From: a virus
Reading direction: 5' to 3' (one strand)
IMG/VR virus record: IMGVR_UViG_3300023109_003600
Coordinates: 1-64,000 of that record
DNA: 64,000 nucleotides
Shown here in pieces: positions 56,722 through 64,000 of this stretch. Numbering within the stretch: position 1 is the stretch's first letter; each line of letters begins with the position of its first letter. Under the pieces are notes generated by a model that had not been told where the DNA came from, did no database searches, and was given only the letters and a program-made list of their open reading frames with translations. The position numbers were made by a program, and so were the translations under genes.

Positions 56722-59004
56722 ATGAAAATATTATTTACCATAATTTTTATTGCTGCATCAAGCCTTGCAGGCGCAACCGTACCGACCCTCTTCTTCCAAG
56801 ACGGCAGATCCTTGGAAGCTAATATCATTGAAGCAAATTTCACACACGCCTTGATTGAAAGACGAAGAGATTTGCAGCGCTTTAGAATTGCGATCAACTC
56901 TTTAACAGAAGATAATCAAGCGTTTATAAAAAATAATTTTACACCCAGTCACCAAGCTTTACCCAAATTTAAAAAACCCTTAAACGAAAAAGATCTGCTT
57001 AGTCACTCTAGATATATAGATACTTTAATCGAAAGAAAACTTAGATCATATAATCTACAGCCAAACAAAGAAGCGGAAGACGAAGTTTTTCTGCGAAGAA
57101 CCTATCTTAAGATTATAGGCAGAACACCCTCCCTTTTAGAAGTTAAAGGGTTTGAAGAAAATAGAAGCAAAAACAAAAGGCGAGAGCTTATAGATTCTCT
57201 TTTAGGTAGCGAGGGTTATGTTAGCCATTGGTTTAATTTTTGGGCAGATATTTTAAGAATAAAAGATAGATTAAACAATAGAGTATCAGGCATACCTTAT
57301 AAAAATTATGTCAAGAAGTTTGTATCCAACAATCAACCTTATGACGAATGGGTAAGGGAATTGCTTTCTTCTTCTGGGCCTCTATGGAAAGAAGGTAGCG
57401 AAGGAGTAAGTTATTTTGCAAGAGATGTCAATATGCCTCTTGATAACATGTCAAACACTGTTAGAATTTTCTTAGGAACAAGTCTGGAATGCGCGCAATG
57501 CCATGATCATCCTTTTGACAGATGGACGCAAAAACAGTTTTATGAAATGGCTGCATTTACAAGCGGGTCAACAAATCTTAGGAGAAAAAACGTACCAAAC
57601 TTGGGCAAATTCAATCAATTAGTCCGTGAAGAACAGAAAAGGTTAGAGCAAGAAGGAGATCCAAATAAATCTAGAAGATTAAGGGATGCATCACGATCAG
57701 TGCAAGACATCCTACAAACAGGATTAGATAGTTTAGGTTCGGGAAAAATTAATTTACCGAAAGATTATCAATATGATAATGCGAAACCAAATGAGCAACT
57801 ATCAGGCAAAACTATTTTTGGATTAGATGTAGAGATTAAAACTAAAGCTCCAGAATCAGGCACTAGAGAAATCTACGCCAACTGGTTAGCTTCAGAATCT
57901 AACCCTAGATTTACAGCGGTAATAGTTAATAGACTATGGAAGGAAGTTTTTGGGTTGGCATTAATTGAGCCGCTAGATAATATGTTTGATGACACGATAC
58001 CTACAGATATAAAACTACAGCTACACCTCGAAAAAGTTATGATTGCCTTAAATTATGATTTAAAAGAATTTTTAAGAATATTATATAATACAAAAACTTT
58101 TCAGAGAGCTTCTGTTATTAGAGATGTTATACCGCGAGATGAAAAAGATACAGTCATGCCTATAGAAGTAAAGTGGATTATAGCGGGGCCAAATACTGAA
58201 AAGCAATCTCAAAATGCTGTACCATTCTTCTACCAAGGGCCTTTAGTTGAAAGGATGAGTGGCGAACAAATTTGGGACTCTTTAGTTAATTTAACTTTTA
58301 ATAATATAGATTCAAGAAAATTACAGCAGAACACAAAAGGATATGAAGACTTCGATAGATTCTCAAGCATGACTGGAGAAGAGCTTTTTGAAAATATTAT
58401 GAATAAACTCAACAACAAAGAAAATGCAGGGTCAAAAATAGCGACAAAATTTACAGAACCTATTAATACAGAATGCCCTATAAAACCAGGCAGGGAAATC
58501 GACCCAACCTTATTAGCCTTAAATGAAGATGGTCAGACAGTAGCGTTTTGTTGTGAATCTTGCCTAGACAAATTCAAATCTCAAAAGAAACAAAAAAAAG
58601 ATGACTACAAACAAAACTACACTAAGGACAGGAATTCAGTCAGGGCGTCCGAACTAAGCTCTCCAGCACCCATAGGGCACCTCATAAGGGAGTTTGGCGG
58701 CTCAGACAGAGAACAGATAGAAAACTCGCACAAACAAGCTTCAGCAACCCAAGTACTTAATTTATTAAATGGTTTTGTAGAAACAAGGTTATTAAAAAAC
58801 AAAAATTCAGAGATAGTAAAGCAAATCAAATCACAAAAAAATTTAGAAGACAAAATTAAAGTTGCGTTCAAATCAATCCTAAATAGAGAAGCTTCAATAT
58901 CAGAATTAAAATTATTTAAATCGTCACTTAAACAGGGTAAAGAGGTATATAAAGAGATAGTATGGACGCTGGTAAACAGTCACGAATTTATATTTATTAA
59001 ATAA
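56722..59004 (+). CDS. PVC-type DUF1549 (PSCyt2) / DUF1553 (PSD1) protein with signal peptide, SHD1-like N-domain and YHS-like insert
   Basis: FLRR.YL.IIGR.P, W..FWAD.LR, FLG..LECAQCHDHPFDRWTQ..FY..AAF, VNRLW...FG, LVNS.EF; CP...VAFCCESC..KF insert. Confidence 0.9.
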   Translation: MKILFTIIFIAASSLAGATVPTLFFQDGRSLEANIIEANFTHALIERRRDLQRFRIAINSLTEDNQAFIKNNFTPSHQALPKFKKPLNEKDLLSHSRYIDTLIERKLRSYNLQPNKEAEDEVFLRRTYLKIIGRTPSLLEVKGFEENRSKNKRRELIDSLLGSEGYVSHWFNFWADILRIKDRLNNRVSGIPYKNYVKKFVSNNQPYDEWVRELLSSSGPLWKEGSEGVSYFARDVNMPLDNMSNTVRIFLGTSLECAQCHDHPFDRWTQKQFYEMAAFTSGSTNLRRKNVPNLGKFNQLVREEQKRLEQEGDPNKSRRLRDASRSVQDILQTGLDSLGSGKINLPKDYQYDNAKPNEQLSGKTIFGLDVEIKTKAPESGTREIYANWLASESNPRFTAVIVNRLWKEVFGLALIEPLDNMFDDTIPTDIKLQLHLEKVMIALNYDLKEFLRILYNTKTFQRASVIRDVIPRDEKDTVMPIEVKWIIAGPNTEKQSQNAVPFFYQGPLVERMSGEQIWDSLVNLTFNNIDSRKLQQNTKGYEDFDRFSSMTGEELFENIMNKLNNKENAGSKIATKFTEPINTECPIKPGREIDPTLLALNEDGQTVAFCCESCLDKFKSQKKQKKDDYKQNYTKDRNSVRASELSSPAPIGHLIREFGGSDREQIENSHKQASATQVLNLLNGFVETRLLKNKNSEIVKQIKSQKNLEDKIKVAFKSILNREASISELKLFKSSLKQGKEVYKEIVWTLVNSHEFIFIK

Positions 59005-59016
59005 AAAAAAAGAAAA

Positions 59017-60300
59017 ATGAACATAAACGAATTAGGAAGAAGAGAATTTATAGCTCAAGCAGCAAAAAGTTGCTTGGGAGTAGGCTTGATGCCAATGGCA
59101 GGAGCTTATATACATAATAGCGTCGAGGCACTACAGCCAGGAGTTAGACCAGCAACAGCCCGTCATGTTATATATTTAAATATGGCAGGAGCAATGTCAC
59201 ACCTAGACACCTTTGGTCCAAAACCAGAAGTCCCAGATATTCAAGGTCCGACAAAATCAATCGCAACTACAGCAGATGGAATTCTATTATCGGAAAACTT
59301 ACCGAATACTGCGCAGTTTATGCATAAAGCTTCCGTCATTAAAACTATGGTATCTAGCCAGGGAGCGCACGAACAAGCTAGCTATCTCATGCACACTAGC
59401 TATCTCAAGAGAGGTACAATTGTTCATCCTACTTTTGGAAGTTGGGTTTCAAAGCTGGCAGGCTCAATCAATACTACCGTACCTGCAAATATTAAAATTG
59501 GAGGTGGAGGAGGAGGAGCTGGTTTTCTTGAATCAAAATATGGTGCTCTGCCAATAAATAATCCTCGCTCTGGTTTGGCTAATAGTAAAATGGCTTCTTA
59601 TTTAGATTTAGAAACCTTTCAAGGCAGAATTTCTTTGGCAGAGAAATTAAATCAAAACTTTTCTACAGATTTTCAATTAAAACAAGTAAGAGCTTATTCT
59701 GATTTATACAGGGATGCAGTTAAGCTAATGAATAGCGATGACTTAAATGCTTTTGATATAACTAAAGAGTCGCAGCAAACAAGCGAACTTTATGGTGCTA
59801 CTAATTTTGGGCAAGGTTGCCTTTTAGCAAGAAGGTTAGTTGAAAATGGCGTTCGTTACGTTGAAGTTACAAGAGGTGGATGGGATACGCATGATAATAA
59901 CTTTGAAAGAGTTGCGGCAAATTGCGCGGATATTGATCAAGCTTTAAGCGGTTTGCTTTACGATTTAGATAGACGAGGACTTTTAAGCGAAACGCTTGTA
60001 GTGTTGACTTCTGAATTTGGAAGGACTCCAAACATCAACGGTAGAGACGGAAGAGATCATTGGCCATATTGCTTTACGGCTTTTATGGCGGGAGGAGGAA
60101 TCAAAGAAGGCTTCTCTTACGGAGAAAGTGACAAGGCAGGTCGAAGCCCAGTGGAAGGAAAAGGCATTAAGCCAGAAGACTTAAATGCTACTATAGCATA
60201 CGCCTTAGGGTTGTCAATAAATAGTCAGCAGTACTCCCCCTCAGGAAGACCTTTTACGATAGCGAATAAGGGAGAACCTTTACTTGACGTTATTTCTTAA
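59017..60300 (+). CDS. DUF1501 family protein with Tat signal
   Basis: GRREFI twin-Arg, LNMAGAMSHLDTF, FGQGCLLARRLVE.GVRYV, GGWDTH, SEFGRTP, GRDHWP, AGGGI. Confidence 0.92.
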   Translation: MNINELGRREFIAQAAKSCLGVGLMPMAGAYIHNSVEALQPGVRPATARHVIYLNMAGAMSHLDTFGPKPEVPDIQGPTKSIATTADGILLSENLPNTAQFMHKASVIKTMVSSQGAHEQASYLMHTSYLKRGTIVHPTFGSWVSKLAGSINTTVPANIKIGGGGGGAGFLESKYGALPINNPRSGLANSKMASYLDLETFQGRISLAEKLNQNFSTDFQLKQVRAYSDLYRDAVKLMNSDDLNAFDITKESQQTSELYGATNFGQGCLLARRLVENGVRYVEVTRGGWDTHDNNFERVAANCADIDQALSGLLYDLDRRGLLSETLVVLTSEFGRTPNINGRDGRDHWPYCFTAFMAGGGIKEGFSYGESDKAGRSPVEGKGIKPEDLNATIAYALGLSINSQQYSPSGRPFTIANKGEPLLDVIS

Positions 60301-60311
60301 CTTATAATTAT

Positions 60312-61118
60312 TCATTCTGGGCGCTTACCCAAAGGTTTCCCATCTTGACCAATTTGCCCATCTCTAATTTTTGTAGCAGAGACTTCTTGCAATTCTTTAC
60401 TTAGTTCCAATTGTTCGATATTGTAACCAACACCTCTTCCATAAAATACGTCCATAATATTTGGAAGCTCTACGACTTTAATTTTATTTCCAAACTCGAT
60501 ACAAGCAGAATGTATCTCTGCTTTTACCTTTTCAAAATTGTAGGGATTACTATCATTAATTCCACCAACATCTCTTAATGCTATGCAACACTGACCTGTT
60601 CTTTTTATGGCTTCGGCAACAAGACTCTTGTGTCCAATGTGGAATGGTTGGTATCTACCTATTAGTAGTGCGGTAGGCGCCTGATTATCCCACACTTCGC
60701 TTTCGTTTAATTTTTCAATAACTTTATCGACCCACTCTTCTGGAGTTCCATCAGTAAGTCTTACATCATAATTCATAGGACTTTCAAACAATTTGTTCGT
60801 ATCTTCGTATCTACCCTCCAAGATTCTATCTACCCAAATTACAAAATCTGCATTAAAAGATTCTCTTGTTTTTTGAGTTGGGCAGATAAAGTCTGCGATA
60901 ACATAACACCCTCCCATTTTCGCCCAATCACAAAGTTTGCCCATTCTCTTGGCATGAGACAATCTATCTTCAGGAGAAAAACCAAGTTCAGAATATATAT
61001 CTTGCCTAACAGCATCAGCATTAAACCATGCAGCTTGCAATTTTGGAACGAGCTTTTCAGCTAAAGTTGTCTTGCCAGAACCTGGCAGACCCATAATTAA
61101 TATTTTTCTTTTCGTCAT
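60312..61118 (-). CDS. APS-kinase (CysC)-like domain fused to HIGH-motif nucleotidyltransferase
   Basis: IMGLPGSGKTTLA, NADAVR, LGFSPEDR, ADFICP; IGRYQPFHIGH, SATKIR; ATG 61118 lies 10 nt after GTGTA. Confidence 0.85.
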   Translation of the reverse strand: MTKRKILIMGLPGSGKTTLAEKLVPKLQAAWFNADAVRQDIYSELGFSPEDRLSHAKRMGKLCDWAKMGGCYVIADFICPTQKTRESFNADFVIWVDRILEGRYEDTNKLFESPMNYDVRLTDGTPEEWVDKVIEKLNESEVWDNQAPTALLIGRYQPFHIGHKSLVAEAIKRTGQCCIALRDVGGINDSNPYNFEKVKAEIHSACIEFGNKIKVVELPNIMDVFYGRGVGYNIEQLELSKELQEVSATKIRDGQIGQDGKPLGKRPE

Positions 61119-61150
61119 AACCCTATTATACACTTTTATTTTTTTTATCC

Positions 61151-61179
61151 TTGACTTATTTTTTTAAAAATAGTAATAT
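61151..61179 (+). promoter_or_regulatory. Sigma70-type promoter
   Basis: TTGACT-N17-TAATAT. Confidence 0.6.
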
Positions 61180-61192
61180 ATACTTATATCAA

Positions 61193-61729
61193 ATGAATTT
61201 ACTAGAAAACACAAAAACATATTTAGTAGGACACATGCAATATCTTAGCGGAAGAAATTGGCGCGAAGAAATAACAGGGCAATTAAGCTCCTTAAATATA
61301 ACATGTTTTGATCCATACAAAAAACCATTCATGAAAGATGTTGAAGAAGACGAAGCCTCTAGGCTTGAAATGGAAACATGGATGAAGACCAAACAGTATG
61401 ATCGAGTTACGGATAGAATGAAAACCGTAAGAGCATACGACCTAAACTTAGTTGATCGTTCAGATTTTATTATTGCCCATCTTGTTCCAGATGTAGCTTC
61501 GTGGGGCAGTGCAGAAGAAATAGTTACAGCAGTACGAATGAAAAAACCTATTTTTATTAGCATGGAAGGTGGAAAGTCAAAGACACCTTTATGGATGCTA
61601 GGAATGCTACCTCATAAATATATTTATAATAGTCTTGACGAAGTAGTAGAAATGTTGTATGCTATAGACAATGGAAACAAACCGATAGATTCAGATAGGT
61701 GGAGATTACTACAGAAACAATTCAGATAA
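61193..61729 (+). CDS. Nucleoside 2-deoxyribosyltransferase-like / nucleotide N-glycosidase
   Basis: TYLVGHM, WRE, FDPY, DL..VDRSD.IIA, SWGSAEE, KP. Confidence 0.75.
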   Translation: MNLLENTKTYLVGHMQYLSGRNWREEITGQLSSLNITCFDPYKKPFMKDVEEDEASRLEMETWMKTKQYDRVTDRMKTVRAYDLNLVDRSDFIIAHLVPDVASWGSAEEIVTAVRMKKPIFISMEGGKSKTPLWMLGMLPHKYIYNSLDEVVEMLYAIDNGNKPIDSDRWRLLQKQFR

Positions 61730-61740
61730 TATAGAAAACA

Positions 61741-61815
61741 ATGACACTAGATTTAATATTATTCATAATTTTTAGTTACTTATTTTACCAAGTTATAGAA
61801 AAAGGAAGATTTTAA
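61741..61815 (+). CDS. Putative 24-aa membrane peptide
   Basis: MTLDLILFIIFSYLFYQVIEKGRF fills the gap and stops 1 nt before the next ATG. Confidence 0.45.
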   Translation: MTLDLILFIIFSYLFYQVIEKGRF

Positions 61816-61816
61816 T

Positions 61817-62194
61817 ATGAGCGAAGACAAAAACAATAAAAATAAAAACCCCCTCGAGGGAGCAACAAGAATGGGAGATTCCTTTACTCCCACTCCAGAT
61901 CAACTTAACGCCTTATTGGGAGACGCGATGGGAACTCAAAGAGCAGCCCTACCAACGCAACAATACCTACAGTCAATATTCAATCAGTATGTAGGATTAC
62001 GAGAGCAAAGTTTGGCAGACTTGTCTATGCTATTGCAACATGGAGTTGGAGTTGGAGATCATGCTGATGTAGGAGCAACAATCAAACAGAAAATTGAAGA
62101 GGCTGAGAAATACGACTCTTTAGTTTCTGCAATGGACAAGTGGTTCGCGGCAGGACAAGCGGCAGAACAATTCAAACAAGCAAAGCAAGAGTGA
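61817..62194 (+). CDS. Hypothetical protein
   Basis: 125 aa; GVGVGDH motif in helical C-half. Confidence 0.7.
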   Translation: MSEDKNNKNKNPLEGATRMGDSFTPTPDQLNALLGDAMGTQRAALPTQQYLQSIFNQYVGLREQSLADLSMLLQHGVGVGDHADVGATIKQKIEEAEKYDSLVSAMDKWFAAGQAAEQFKQAKQE

Positions 62195-62361
62195 GGGGTA
62201 AGGCATGCAAGAGGTTAAAAACTTTATTTAACCCAAAAGAAGGAGACGAAACAAGTAAAAAAGCTTATCGACTAGCAAAAAAACAATACAAATCATTTAA
62301 CGAAGACGAAAAAAAATCATTTATTAAAAATCTAGAAATTATTCACAATTCAAAACAATAA
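62191..62361 (+). CDS. Small basic hypothetical protein
   Basis: GTGA overlap start; MRGKACKRLK...KKAYRLAKKQY. Confidence 0.55.
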   Translation: MRGKACKRLKTLFNPKEGDETSKKAYRLAKKQYKSFNEDEKKSFIKNLEIIHNSKQ

Positions 62362-62366
62362 AAACT

Positions 62367-62681
62367 ATGGAAAACGAAAATAATCAAACAAACGATTGGA
62401 AAGAACGCGAAATTGGAGCTCTCTGGAGACGCAGTGGCAAAAGTCAAAAGTATCTATCTGGATACATTAGAACTGGAGACGAGCTAGACCCGCAAGAAGT
62501 CAGGCTAGTAGTATTTAGTAATAAGTACAAGAGCGAAAACGAAAAAGCTCCAGATTTTGTAGTCTACAGGTCCGAACCTGCGCAAAAACAAGAAACGGTT
62601 GAAGCAAAATCTTCAAACAAAGCTCCAGCAAAAGCTGAAGAAGATGATTTAGAGCAAGAGCTAGAAGAATTATTAAAATAA
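62367..62681 (+). CDS. DUF736-like protein with acidic tail
   Basis: EIGALW......YLSG.I...VVF.N......KAPDF.VY. Confidence 0.7.
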   Translation: MENENNQTNDWKEREIGALWRRSGKSQKYLSGYIRTGDELDPQEVRLVVFSNKYKSENEKAPDFVVYRSEPAQKQETVEAKSSNKAPAKAEEDDLEQELEELLK

Positions 62682-62757
62682 TTAAAAGAAATCTAGAAAA
62701 TCTTTTTTTTCTGTGTAATATTGGTTAACTACATTTTAACATTTAACTTTATATATT

Positions 62758-63144
62758 ATGGCAGGCAGAGATTTCGACATTCATCCATCAGGCGTTTTTG
62801 GCGCAGATTATTCAGTATTAACTGGCAGCACACCTTTTACCCCACCAGCAGATGGAATATTTTTACCTCTATCAACGCTAGTGGGTCAATCTGGAGCTCC
62901 AACCGACCACGAGCTTACTAAAGCAGAAGCGGGAGTAGACCACAGAAAAGTAGCTTGGGGCATACTCGAAGCATATTATGCTCATATGTCAGAATTAGAT
63001 GTTGATAGCGCAATAGATAACTTTACTGTTACTAGAGGAGCTTTATCTTTTACTGGAGAAGCATCAAGTCGTAGAACTTATACCATTAGTTTTCAATATG
63101 GTGTGGGATCTATGGATATTGGTGACGAAACTGCAGCTCCTTAA
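62758..63144 (+). CDS. Hypothetical protein, paralog of 42211..42639 (possible structural)
   Basis: 128 aa; GTGTA at 62713-62717; shared motifs with 42211 product. Confidence 0.7.
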   Translation: MAGRDFDIHPSGVFGADYSVLTGSTPFTPPADGIFLPLSTLVGQSGAPTDHELTKAEAGVDHRKVAWGILEAYYAHMSELDVDSAIDNFTVTRGALSFTGEASSRRTYTISFQYGVGSMDIGDETAAP

Positions 63145-63512
63145 TGGAAGTCGAATACGGGCTAATTACTAGCTCGGCGGTACCAGAACAGCTGAGAGCG
63201 TCTAAGTCCTTTATGGAGGTAGACAAAAATCAGTGGTACGATTTAGTGGATTATGCAAAAAGTCTCGACCCAACCAAAGAGTCTGAAAAAGTTATGGTTT
63301 TAGTTGTTGCGCATGGAACTCCCGAAGAAGAAGCGGCAGAGCAAAAACGTCTTGAAAAAGAAGCGGCAGAAGTAGCAAGGTTAAAAGCTGAAGAACAGAA
63401 AAACATCCAACAAAAACAATCTGAACAAGAAAAACAAGAATCGGAGCAGAGGGAACAATCTAGGCTCAGAGCTCGATCAAAAGAAATACTCAATGCCTTA
63501 TACGGAAGATAA
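63144..63512 (+). CDS. Hypothetical protein with E/Q/K-rich coiled coil
   Basis: 122 aa; TAATG coupling. Confidence 0.65.
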   Translation: MEVEYGLITSSAVPEQLRASKSFMEVDKNQWYDLVDYAKSLDPTKESEKVMVLVVAHGTPEEEAAEQKRLEKEAAEVARLKAEEQKNIQQKQSEQEKQESEQREQSRLRARSKEILNALYGR

Positions 63513-63810
63513 GCAGTCGGTAATACACAAAGCTAATTTCATTATTAAAGCATGTAAGCTTTTAAAAACCGAGTTGCACTGTGATTTTATAGAAGAGCCC
63601 ATATTTCACTGTGTTATATATAACACAAGAGGTGATATGGCAAGTATATCGCAAGATCATAATTTATTTGAATCGGCAAAGTATGCCCCCGAGTGGTCAG
63701 AATCAATGACGAATTGGGCAAAAGAAGAAGGCTTCTCTGAATCACAGATTAAAACTCAAAACCTTATGCATACAGCAACCTTAAATGAAATCTGCGCGCT
63801 TTTAACATGA
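63493..63810 (+). CDS. Hypothetical protein
   Basis: 105 aa ORF overlapping neighbours. Confidence 0.6.
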   Translation: MPYTEDKQSVIHKANFIIKACKLLKTELHCDFIEEPIFHCVIYNTRGDMASISQDHNLFESAKYAPEWSESMTNWAKEEGFSESQIKTQNLMHTATLNEICALLT

Positions 63811-64000
63811 TCGAAAAAGGAAAAAATTTACAGTTTTATTCTTGGGTAAGAGAAGGTGAGTCAATTACTGTTGTGGGAACAAGGCTTCCAGAAAAACCCT
63901 TAACGTTTTCTTTTTTTTTAGGTAAAGAACAATTAAACGATACAGACAGCTCGATTGTCACAGACTTTGTAACAGAATTAAAAGAATCAATGTCAAAAAC
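63807..64000 (+). CDS. Hypothetical protein (runs off window)
   Basis: ATGA overlap; MIEKGKNLQFYSWVREGESITVVG... open to 64000. Confidence 0.6.
   Translation, partial: MIEKGKNLQFYSWVREGESITVVGTRLPEKPLTFSFFLGKEQLNDTDSSIVTDFVTELKESMSK

Noticed and set aside
60284-60308. TTGACG...TATAAT promoter-like pair
   Set aside because: Spacer is only 13 nt and it points antisense into a convergent gene end
1129-63493. Numerous 60-114-aa nested or antisense ORFs in the track
   Set aside because: They lie within well-supported genes and show shadow-frame composition (F/L/S/I-rich) without motifs
1-64000. Stop-codon reassignment
   Set aside because: Conserved genes are full-length in the standard code and end in TAA, TAG and TGA

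Overview
AT-rich, gene-dense segment that reads as part of a large (jumbo-type) dsDNA bacteriophage. No capsid, terminase or integrase is recognisable in this window, so phage identity is inferred from gene content: RecA, DnaB, TOPRIM primase, split DnaE, SSB, sigma factor, dNMP kinase, RNR, NUDIX, tmRNA and many orphans, with no ribosomal proteins or core housekeeping operons. A PVC host (Verrucomicrobia/Planctomycetes) is suggested by a DUF1549/DUF1553 + DUF1501 pair, an NFTPRAQ-type ClpC, a Chlamydia-like NrdB and SD-less starts. Genes run mostly leftward before ~14.6 kb and rightward after. Highlights: (1) a >948-aa ORF missing from the ORF track (2846 to <1, minus) fusing a flagellinolysin-like HExxH gluzincin to Cys-punctuated collagen; (2) a large glycan toolkit with GDP-fucose synthesis, fucosyltransferase-like, GT47 and GT77 enzymes, two sulfotransferase domains and an APS-kinase fusion, i.e. 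a candidate phage-made sulfated fucan, plus a candidate phosphoethanolamine/phosphocholine module; (3) a tmRNA with an unusually long, purely basic 31-codon tag directly behind ClpC; (4) a recurrent GTGTA motif 8-12 nt before start codons (candidate phage-sigma promoter); (5) a tyrosyl-radical-less class Ic NrdB; (6) PHP / exonuclease / DnaE split over three genes; (7) a duplicated subtilase + small-protein cassette with one catalytically dead copy. All family calls are from motif recognition by eye; no searches were run.
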